Assembly (NCBI GenBank): GCA_008369845.1
Contig: MRSU01009438.1
Span: 1 to 41,400, forward strand
Reading direction: 5' to 3'
Origin: Trichomonas gallinae
Taxonomy: Eukaryota
Length of the DNA stretch: 41,400 nt
The notes below the pieces were generated by a model. The model did not search any database and was not told the origin of the DNA. It saw only the letters and a list, made by a program, of their open reading frames with translations. Made by a program: the position numbers and the translations under genes. Numbering within the stretch: the first letter of the stretch is position 1; each line of letters opens with the position of its first letter. Of this stretch, positions 9,611 to 17,696 are shown in pieces.

Positions 9611-11125
9611 ATGGGAAAACCTTCGATATCGTGGAAATCCATAAATGGTGATTTCATTGCCAATATTATGGGAAATGATTCAAAGTCGCTTAAGATTTCA
9701 GTGGATTTGACTCTGAAATCAATTGCAGCCAATCAAATTCAAGCAAAGAAATTGATATTTGTCGATAATATATATAGAATAATGAGAGACTATTTTGATT
9801 ATACACCAGAATGTAACTTTTTTGTTCATAAAGACGAAAATTCGATCAAAACAGATTTTGAAGCAGTTCCACCCAAAGAAAAATACAGATTTGCAGATTT
9901 TGAAGCATACTGTGATTATGTGGAGCACGAATTCTTCTTAAAAATCGATCATTACGAAATTCAATTACCAGATCCTGTTCTTGCTGAATCTGTTGAATTC
10001 TGCACAACAAAATTCATCGAAGTTAAAGAAGGGGAGATTAATTTTAATCTTGATGCTCTCGAATTCGATAACAATCAAAATATTGATGTCTTAACTACAA
10101 GAATATTAATGATGATGACTGAACTCAACAACATAAACGATAGATTTACATTAGATATCACCAATGCTCAGCAAATTTCAGAAAAATTGTGTCAATTTTA
10201 TTCAAATAATAATAAATTACCTACTAAATTCCAGAAACCAGAAAAATCACTAAATGAGAATGAAAAAATCCTTTTGCACAAGGTTGATGAACTCTTTGAC
10301 ATAGCTACAAAAGAATTTTCAAATTCTTTTAATTCTAAAGTTCTTTTAACCGCCATTGTAGCCAGTTTGGACTATTTTACAGAAAACAAAGAGAATATCG
10401 GCAGAAGCACATTAAAACACTATAAAAGGAAAATATCGAAATTATTAAAAGTTTTTGGCATTGATGCACAGAACCATGTTGAAACATTAAAGACAGCAAC
10501 ACAAATGACAAAGTCATTCAACCATATTCTTGCAAAAACAGTCAAGATTCAAGATTCCATCAACACACTTCAGTCAAACCTTCTTATTGATATCACAAAG
10601 CCTCCTGTTGGATCAGTTATTCATTATATTCCATTACAGACAATTTATAATTCTATCAGAGATATTAATGGAGAATTGAAGACAGTTTCAGATGTTGTTT
10701 TATCTAAACAAGGTGTTTTGATCGAAGAAGTTGATAAAGAAGGATATAACTATACCATTGACTCTCCTTCGAATTTAATTCAAAAGATTCACGAAAGAGA
10801 AGCGAGAATAAGGCATGAAAACGAGCTCAGAATGCAAAAGAAGCAGGAAGATCTCAACAGATACAACAATTTACCAGCACCTTACAAAGATGGAATTCCT
10901 ATCCACCCTTCTGACTATTTCAGGAGTCTCACAGACTATTTCTCAGCATGGGATGAAACAGGCCTTCCTTTAGCTGATGCCGATGGCGAAGAACTAACAA
11001 CTGAAATGCGCATAGAACTCTCAAAGAAATACTCAGTGATGCATCTTGAGCATAACTTGTTCACAAAGAAGTCAATGGTTAATGCTCCTCCTATTCCAGA
11101 GGAATATGAATACAACGAAGCTTAA
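9611..11125 (+). CDS. Degenerate cysteinyl-tRNA synthetase-like protein (pseudo-CysRS, 504 aa)
   Basis: ANQIQAKKLIFVDNIYRIMRDYFDY aligns to eukaryotic CysRS '[23 protein letters not shown]'. VEHEFFLKIDHYEIQLPD aligns to 'WE..F..DM.ALNVLPPD'. ISKLLKVFGI and VLSKQGVLIEE match the anticodon-binding region. C-terminal IHPSDYFRSLTDYFSAWDETGLPLADADGEELT aligns to 'IPPSEMF...YS.FDE.GLP..D.EG.EL'. First ATG is 9611 (the track uses TTG 9590). Confidence 0.7.
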   Translation: MGKPSISWKSINGDFIANIMGNDSKSLKISVDLTLKSIAANQIQAKKLIFVDNIYRIMRDYFDYTPECNFFVHKDENSIKTDFEAVPPKEKYRFADFEAYCDYVEHEFFLKIDHYEIQLPDPVLAESVEFCTTKFIEVKEGEINFNLDALEFDNNQNIDVLTTRILMMMTELNNINDRFTLDITNAQQISEKLCQFYSNNNKLPTKFQKPEKSLNENEKILLHKVDELFDIATKEFSNSFNSKVLLTAIVASLDYFTENKENIGRSTLKHYKRKISKLLKVFGIDAQNHVETLKTATQMTKSFNHILAKTVKIQDSINTLQSNLLIDITKPPVGSVIHYIPLQTIYNSIRDINGELKTVSDVVLSKQGVLIEEVDKEGYNYTIDSPSNLIQKIHEREARIRHENELRMQKKQEDLNRYNNLPAPYKDGIPIHPSDYFRSLTDYFSAWDETGLPLADADGEELTTEMRIELSKKYSVMHLEHNLFTKKSMVNAPPIPEEYEYNEA

Positions 11126-11199
11126 AATATAGTAAAATTATATACATATATTTGATTCATCCTCTAGGCGTGACATATATAAATATCCATAAAAAAACT

Positions 11200-11501
11200 T
11201 TAATATTTATTAAAATTTTCTGTATTAGTAGGTTGATCAAAGGCAACAGCATGCGGCTCTGCTTGACATGGTGCACACACTTGTTGCAATGCTTCATGAA
11301 ATAAATAACTTCGAATTATATTGTTGACAAAGAACAGTAAACCGTGCGAACACTAGATATTCCCCGCAGAATCCTTCCAAATTAAGGCTATAGATACAAT
11401 AGGATCATAAGAATCACATATTTCTAAAAATTGTTAGACAGGATAATGGAATATATTATATTGCACTTCTTCACATCATCAATATGCATATCTCTATACA
11501 T
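11200..11501 (-). pseudogene. Frameshifted coding remnant of unknown family
   Basis: Protein-like segments in alternating frames (ICDSYDPIVSIA / LEGFCGEYLVFA / LLFFVNNIIRSYLFHEALQQVCAPCQAEPHAVAFD), interrupted by stops; GC higher than the flanking spacer. Confidence 0.4.
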
Positions 11502-11618
11502 GATTTTTAATTTTGGGATGTAAAATGAAAATTATTTTTTAATTTTGAGTAAGAATAATTTTGGTATATATTTCGTGTAGTATGAAAGAATCTCTGATTA
11601 CTCGTATAATATAAAACT

Positions 11619-12455
11619 TTATTTGCCAAGGTCTTCTATATCTGGAGCAGTAGCATCTTCTGCAGCCTTCTTCTCCTTCTTTGGACGTGGTTGCTGGATC
11701 TCTCTCACATCTGGAGCTGGTTTCTTAACAATATGGAACTGAGAACGGAAGATATTAAGTCTGGCCTCTTCGCCAAGCTTGCTAACGATCTCATCGACGG
11801 CGATCCTTGTCTTTGATCTAACACCTGTATCACCCCATGGACATCTACACTTAGCTGGCTGGAATTCGTTCTCAGCGCAGAATTGCTTGATTTCGTTTTC
11901 TGGTGTGTAGGCGAGTGGTCTGATCATTGTCATGTTGTAGTTCTCTTCACCGACGGTGATATCGAGTCTAACAGCCATACCAGCGAATCTTCCGTGATGA
12001 GTCATGTTCATGATGAGTGTAGCAACGATATCATCGAGGTGGTGGCCAAGTGTAAGTTTGTTGCAGTTGAAAAGACGAGCGAGTTCCATCAATTTAGCTC
12101 TACGGAATCTCGAACAGTGGATGCAAGTTTCCTTGTGGTCATTTTCGAGGTAAGCATCACGAATGTTGTCCTGAACAAGATGATATTCAACCTGTCTCGA
12201 GACACAGAAATCTTCGAGATATTTTGCATCGATACCGTATGGAAGATTGTCGAATTTGATGTGTGCGGCAACGACCTTGAATGCAAAGTTTGACTCACGC
12301 ATCATTTCAGACAAGAAATGTGTGAGTGTGAGTGAATCCTTACCGCCAGAAAGGCCAATGAGAATTCTATCGCCATCCTCGACGAGTTTGAACTCCTCGC
12401 AGGCTGTTCTTATCTGGTTTCTCAGCTTGGAGTTAATGGCTGGTTCAGCAGACAT
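11619..12455 (-). CDS. ttcA: PP-loop tRNA thiolase, bacterial TtcA-type (tRNA 2-thiocytidine synthetase-like)
   Basis: PP-loop SGGKDS, central CIHCSRFRR, CNKLTLGHHLDD, IRPLAY and C-terminal CRCP. No N- or C-terminal zinc-finger CxxC pairs of the TtuA/Ncs6 type. An M3-like TGCGGTTT lies at 12476-12469. Confidence 0.8.
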   Translation of the reverse strand: MSAEPAINSKLRNQIRTACEEFKLVEDGDRILIGLSGGKDSLTLTHFLSEMMRESNFAFKVVAAHIKFDNLPYGIDAKYLEDFCVSRQVEYHLVQDNIRDAYLENDHKETCIHCSRFRRAKLMELARLFNCNKLTLGHHLDDIVATLIMNMTHHGRFAGMAVRLDITVGEENYNMTMIRPLAYTPENEIKQFCAENEFQPAKCRCPWGDTGVRSKTRIAVDEIVSKLGEEARLNIFRSQFHIVKKPAPDVREIQQPRPKKEKKAAEDATAPDIEDLGK

Positions 12456-12559
12456 CTTCTTCTAAAAAAAACCGCATTTTATATACCACGTTAATCATCC
12501 TTTTTAGCATGAAATATATGTATTTTATATCATAATAAGTAGATTTATGAGGTTTTTAA

Positions 12560-13170
12560 AGTGATTCACCCTATTTGAATTGGACTCTCAATTTTCGTAA
12601 CTATCCAAAACAATAAGAGAATATTGACTTTGCTTTAGCTTTCTAGATAATACTCAGCCATGGTAAGCTTATTCTCAATTCCTTTTAGCTGAACATCCTT
12701 TGTTGCTGATATTTTGCCTCCATTATAAAATTAAGGTTAAAACAACATCCTCATCAAAAATCATGGTTTTTTTCAGCAAATCTTGGCTATTTTAACTGCA
12801 TATTCGCATTAATGCGCACTATTTCTTTATTATGAAATAATGAATTATGAAATCGATTAATTGATGTTTGTTCTTGATGTTCTGATGTAATACACATCCA
12901 TGAACAGTTATTTTCAATTTCATATGATTTGTGCATGTGATATTCGTTTTATGAAAATTGCAAAATAATTTTGCTAAGATTTGTATGAAAATATTAAATT
13001 CTTTGAAAATTTTCATGCTGTTAGTGACTACTCTACAAATGGAAGCAGACGTATTTCTTAATGGCTTCATGATGGAAATTTATGATGACTATTTTGATAA
13101 ATTGTGACATCATTCGATGATTCTATTCCTTAATACATACAGGATCGTAAGATTCCAATGCTGGTTATAT
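12560..13170 (-). pseudogene. Possible decayed coding remnant
   Basis: Short protein-like stretches in shifting frames (LESYDPVCIKE; HHEAIKKYVCFHL; TMIFDEDVVLTLIYNGGKISATKDVQLKGIENKLTMAEYYLES). No family recognised. Confidence 0.25.
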
Positions 13171-13219
13171 GTTACAATGTTACAAACATAAAAATTTAAT
13201 TTATTTAAACAAAGATATA

Positions 13220-15079
13220 TTATTCTGTTATTTTCATCAAAAGAGATGGAAAAGCTTGATACAAATTCCTATAGAGACCTTTTGCACTTCCTTCTTTAGT
13301 TGCCAGCAAAGTGCAGAAGTCTTTGAATGACTTGTAGAATGATTCGCGATTTTTCTCAACATCGCGTGGCAAAACCGTAATTTCTTCCACTGTTGTCATC
13401 AAGAAATAGAGTTTCTCTCTTAATGCTCTGTTAGACGATGACAGCCAGCAGTTCTCTATAATATCTGTTGCATTCTTTTCGAATGCTTTGACAATGTCAG
13501 CGAACTCACTAGATTTCTTTATGCGATCGATGGCTGCAGCAGTTCTAGAGATAATTCCAAGATTGAAGAAAATCAAAATCGTGTTACACATAGTGAGCAT
13601 CTCGAAAAGCAATAAACGCTGCTGGAAACCTTTCTCGTACCTTCCAACTCTAGTTATGGCGAAGTGTGCGCGTCTAATTCTCAGCAAAAGGGCAGATGCA
13701 CTTTCGTAAACATCATTAAAGTTCGGAGAGAATAAAATCGATGAAATTCCATCCGGCTGGTATCTCAGCCTTGGTCCTTCTCCACCGAATTCAAGATACT
13801 TGAGCTCGTCACATTTGCGTCCAATGTAGTCGTGGAGGAGCAAAGGAAGCCTCTTTTCAGCGTTCGCTGAGTTTTCGAGAATAATTGTTGCAAAATCGCC
13901 TCTTCTCAACAAAACGAAATCAACAGCGTCATTTAATCGTGAAATTGCTCTTTCATGATCCAAAAACAATGTCATCATGTGAGAATTTGAAATCGATGAA
14001 GCTTTCTTCACCAAATCATCGAAATTTTGTTCTTCTAAGTCAAGCTCGATGTTCTCTTCCCATTGGCGAACAAAATTAAGACATAAACCTGATGAAAATA
14101 CATAATTAACTGATTCTTTTTTCATTGAGCGAGGAACTTCCAGTTCTGATAAATGGTACAAACCACTCCACCATTCTGATGGTGTTGTAGCTTTTGCACG
14201 CGTTTTAACGAAGAATTCACCAAATGGATCATCAACGCGGCCTTTTGTTGCCCAGTCTATGCACATTTTCTCGATTGCTTCGAAGGAAGCAACTCTGCAT
14301 TTGTTGGCAACAAGTTTTATGTACTCATCTCCGTGTTTTTCGAGGTCCATCAACTTATTTACTAAAATTCCTCCGCTTTCTCGCTTAATTGTATTAACAA
14401 TTATTGCTGCTGCGCGTAATATGTTGACTGACTTGCTATTCAGCAAGTAAATGAACTGAGAATTAATAATTTCAGGTAATAAATCTTCAATTGATGATAA
14501 AAAATAGAGATAATCGACTAATATTGTTTGTAATACAGAACCTATCTTGATTTGCGTTAAACATCGCCTATCTTCGATATAATCACGCACTAATTTAACC
14601 ATTGATCCGATTTGAGAAACTAATTTTGCTGATGTATGTATATTTGGCGATATTCTTTCTAAAACGACAAATTTGCCTTGTGTATCACTCCATTCAAATG
14701 TAGAACTGTTTTCTCCGTGTAGAACTAAAATGAAGCTCAACGGAATTTCGTGTTGATTAGGAAAAGCGTGAGGGATTGTATTATTACTCTCGACTTTACT
14801 GGTGAAATGATATAGAATTTGGAATAATTGCGGCGTTCGATTAATGTGATTTGCTAAATATTTAATATCTTTCTTTAAGTTCTGTAATTCCTGTTCTTTT
14901 CCTTTCGCATATGTTAGTTTTTCCCATTCTTTTTGATAATATCCAATACTTTTTGCAGATATTGTATTTGGGAAAGATTTTATTAGGTCAACAGCTGTTC
15001 TAAGCGCTTTTAAATCATTAGGTCTGTATTTCGCAACTAGTTTACTAATGAGAAATGAAGGATCTAAATTTCTTTCCAT
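13220..15079 (-). CDS. Spc97/Spc98 family gamma-tubulin complex component (GCP3-like)
   Basis: WATKGRVDDPFGEFFV, WWSGLYHL...VP, VFSSGLCLNFVR and DFVLLRRGDF are GRIP1/GRIP2 signatures. Confidence 0.85.
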   Translation of the reverse strand: MERNLDPSFLISKLVAKYRPNDLKALRTAVDLIKSFPNTISAKSIGYYQKEWEKLTYAKGKEQELQNLKKDIKYLANHINRTPQLFQILYHFTSKVESNNTIPHAFPNQHEIPLSFILVLHGENSSTFEWSDTQGKFVVLERISPNIHTSAKLVSQIGSMVKLVRDYIEDRRCLTQIKIGSVLQTILVDYLYFLSSIEDLLPEIINSQFIYLLNSKSVNILRAAAIIVNTIKRESGGILVNKLMDLEKHGDEYIKLVANKCRVASFEAIEKMCIDWATKGRVDDPFGEFFVKTRAKATTPSEWWSGLYHLSELEVPRSMKKESVNYVFSSGLCLNFVRQWEENIELDLEEQNFDDLVKKASSISNSHMMTLFLDHERAISRLNDAVDFVLLRRGDFATIILENSANAEKRLPLLLHDYIGRKCDELKYLEFGGEGPRLRYQPDGISSILFSPNFNDVYESASALLLRIRRAHFAITRVGRYEKGFQQRLLLFEMLTMCNTILIFFNLGIISRTAAAIDRIKKSSEFADIVKAFEKNATDIIENCWLSSSNRALREKLYFLMTTVEEITVLPRDVEKNRESFYKSFKDFCTLLATKEGSAKGLYRNLYQAFPSLLMKITE

Positions 15080-15193
15080 TGATATATAATAAAATCTTGT
15101 TTTTTTAAACGTTAATCAAAAGTGACATTATGAAAATGTGACAAACCAAAACGTGACAAAATAAAAGTGACTTTTATAAAAGTGACAGTCATT
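15080..15193. promoter_or_regulatory. 114-bp bidirectional promoter with five GTGAC copies
   Basis: Lies between divergent ATGs 15079 (-) and 15194 (+). GTGAC at 15122, 15138, 15153, 15167 and 15182; TCATT immediately before ATG 15194. Confidence 0.6.
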
Positions 15194-15574
15194 ATGATAT
15201 TCGAAGACGAATATTCATATCCAAACTCAGAAGATGAAGACGTAAACGTCGTTTGCCATGTCGGCCAGAGAGAAACAAAAGCTGTCGCCACGCCAGCTGT
15301 TCAGACGCAAAAGCCAAGATTACAAGCTCATACTGGTTATAAGCCAACAAATCCGGTCATCTATCCAAAACTTAAATTTCAAATGCCAGATTTAACGGTA
15401 GGAGCTGAAAATAAGCTCTGGGTTAAAATGCCAAGTACAAGAGATACTTTCTTCAACTATGGTTTTACAGAAGAAGTTTGGGAAGCCTACAAATTCAAGC
15501 AGCTCGAGTTAAGGAGAATCTTCTCTAAAAAAGCTCGCCAAAAAGAAGCAAAAAAGAAAGAAGCAACTAAGTAA
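15194..15574 (+). CDS. FIP1: Fip1-motif protein (polyadenylation factor Fip1-like, 126 aa)
   Basis: ENKLWVKMPSTRDTFFNYGFTEEVWEAYKFKQLELR matches the Fip1 motif 'KPW..PG....DYFNYGF.E.TW..Y...Q'; acidic N-terminus. First ATG is 15194 (the track uses GTG 15167). Confidence 0.85.
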   Translation: MIFEDEYSYPNSEDEDVNVVCHVGQRETKAVATPAVQTQKPRLQAHTGYKPTNPVIYPKLKFQMPDLTVGAENKLWVKMPSTRDTFFNYGFTEEVWEAYKFKQLELRRIFSKKARQKEAKKKEATK

Positions 15575-16092
15575 TTCTTATAATTCGTCAAGATATCATC
15601 AAAATATTATCAACATATGCATATATATTGGCCATCAAAAATACATGAAGCTTCATTCAAGCTTTAGATTACTATGAAATTACTTTATTCTATATTTGGT
15701 CATTTAATCATATAGATGATGATATTTTGTGCTATATATTTGTTTGGATTATTAATTTTATTATATTATTCCTAAAACTTTGTATTTATTTTATTAATCA
15801 ATAAATTTTTTCTCCAGATTTTGTGTAATTTTTGGTGTTTATTCATGTAGTTTCATTTTCTCAAATATATATTTGGTCAAATTAGAATTTGCTCAAGTTT
15901 TCCCATATTCATCTCATTTTCTGTGAAATATTAAGTTTGAAGCTAAATCTAACTCGTGAATGATACACACATATCTTCGTGAATACATATTTCCGAGTTA
16001 CTATTCATTTTATGTTAATTTTGCCGACTTTTGAAAATAAAAATGTCAATAATTCCTATTCTAGACATTGTTCACTCTCGCTGTCATAAACA

Positions 16093-16830
16093 ATGCCTAA
16101 AGAAACCCAAGATCAAACGGTCATTAAATTATTGAAGAACTGAGCAAAGTACCAGAAACAAACGAAATGTTCTATTAAATATTTAAATAGAAAATTCCCA
16201 ATAGAACATGACTTTGATGCTATGAGTTTTTTGAAAGAACTCATTGAATAATTCTATGAGAATATTCAATTAGTTGGTCGAACCGGCCTTTTGAAACACA
16301 GTTTATATTCTATGCTATTTTAGAAAATTCCCAATAGAACATGACTTTGATGCTATGAGATTTGCTGTGAAAGAAAAATATTGCGTGTTTAAAACCAATC
16401 TTATGAAACAGTTTTTGATTATTAAATCCAAATATCTAATTTCGAACTTGCTCGTTTCAACATCAATTTGGTGATAATTGCAACTTTAGCATAGCTTTGA
16501 ATATTGCTTCAATTGGTGGTCATTATGAATTTGTCAAATTTCTATTAAAATTTCCTGGGATAGATGTCGATGCAATGGAAAATGAACATCAGGGAAATTG
16601 GAATTGGTGTTCGCCTTTGTGCTGTGCTTCATTACATGATTATTTCTCTCAGTTCCTGGAAAAAATATCAACGGAAAAGTTTTTTTTTTCATTCAAACAC
16701 CTTTGATTATTGCTTCAGATTATGGTAATCATGAAATCATCAGACTCCTTCTCACAGTTCCTGGAATAGATGCCAGCGCAAAAGTATAGATTACTCAGTG
16801 CCATGTTTTTTGCACTCAAGAATAAACAGT
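16093..16830 (+). pseudogene. Ankyrin-repeat pseudogene
   Basis: Ankyrin repeats in different frames: LNIASIGGHYEFVKFLLKFPGIDVDA; SPLCCASLHDY/[shift]FLSVPGKNINGK; QTPLIIASDYGNHEIIRLLLTVPGIDASAKV*. Multiple stops and frameshifts. Confidence 0.75.
16188..16359 (+). repeat. Perfect 39-bp direct repeat (16188-16226 and 16321-16359)
   Basis: tagaaaattcccaatagaacatgactttgatgctatgag occurs twice, with starts 133 bp apart. Confidence 0.9.
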
Positions 16831-17048
16831 TTTTTTTTTTAATTTTTAATCACTCAAGAGACAATGCTAAACCATCAAACTCTTTTGTGTAATTTCTGGA
16901 TTAGAAGGATTCTGATAAATAAAGACAAAAAATGATGAGCCACCTTAAAAAAAAATATCTAAATTTTTATTTCCGATATGACATAAATTTTTATTAATAA
17001 AACAACAAACAATGGTAAATAGTAAGTATTCTTTGAGTGTAATTGCAT

Positions 17049-17333
17049 CTATTGATGCTTTGATTTTTGAAATTCTGGATGTCGTTGAGCTGTAATATGA
17101 TCAAATTGTGCTTTAGCTCTATTTAATTTAGTTCGCATCTCATCTATTGTTTTTTCCGAATTTTGCATTGAATTTGTCATTTTTGGAATCGTTTTGTCCA
17201 AAAAATCAGAAAAAGCATCATCAAAACCATCAAAAATACCATCATCGAATGTAAAAACTGATTTTATAGATGCAATTGCATCCTCTGCTGATAGTTCAAT
17301 ATTTTGATGAACAGATTTCCTGTCAGACTTCAT
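17049..17333 (-). CDS. Small coiled-coil protein, weakly KxDL/KXD1-like
   Basis: Intact ORF. ATG 17333 is directly preceded by Inr-like TCATTTTTTT (alternative ATG 17348). KTIDEMRTKL...QRHPEF resembles KXD1 'RTLVEMKRDL...QHPEAF'. Confidence 0.5.
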   Translation of the reverse strand: MKSDRKSVHQNIELSAEDAIASIKSVFTFDDGIFDGFDDAFSDFLDKTIPKMTNSMQNSEKTIDEMRTKLNRAKAQFDHITAQRHPEFQKSKHQ

Positions 17334-17395
17334 AAAAAAATGATTCATAGTTCATCAATTCCAAAAAAATAGACATATCCTTAATGATAAACTCT

Positions 17396-17592
17396 AAAAT
17401 TTCATGACAAATCAAAAAAAAATTGATTCATTACATGACAAAAATAAAATAATTGATTCATTACATGACAAATAAAAATAATTGATTCATTACATGACAA
17501 ATCTCAAAATCTTTGACACATTACATGATAAATTAAAAATTTTTGATTCATTACATGACAAATTTAGATAATTTTGTCACATTACATGAAAA
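17396..17592. repeat. Tandem array of six (plus one partial) 30-bp units with conserved core TTGATTCATTACATGACAAA, in a divergent promoter
   Basis: ATTACATGA cores at 17430, 17460, 17489, 17520, 17550 and 17581, separated by variable A/T linkers. Confidence 0.9.
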
Positions 17593-17696
17593 TGGCGAAA
17601 AATTTTGGATAGCAAATATGATTTTCGAAATTTAGGGTTATAAATGTATAACGAGTCGATATCAAACAAAAAATTTATTCTTCATTTTTTTCAGAA

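Noticed and set aside
16783..16798. GTATAG...CAG as a micro-intron removing the ankyrin stop
   Set aside because: No branch motif, and removal does not restore the ankyrin frame; other lesions exist in the pseudogene.
17396..17592. CRISPR-like repeat/spacer appearance
   Set aside because: Spacers are only about 10 bp of low-complexity A/T, there are no cas genes, and the context is eukaryotic.
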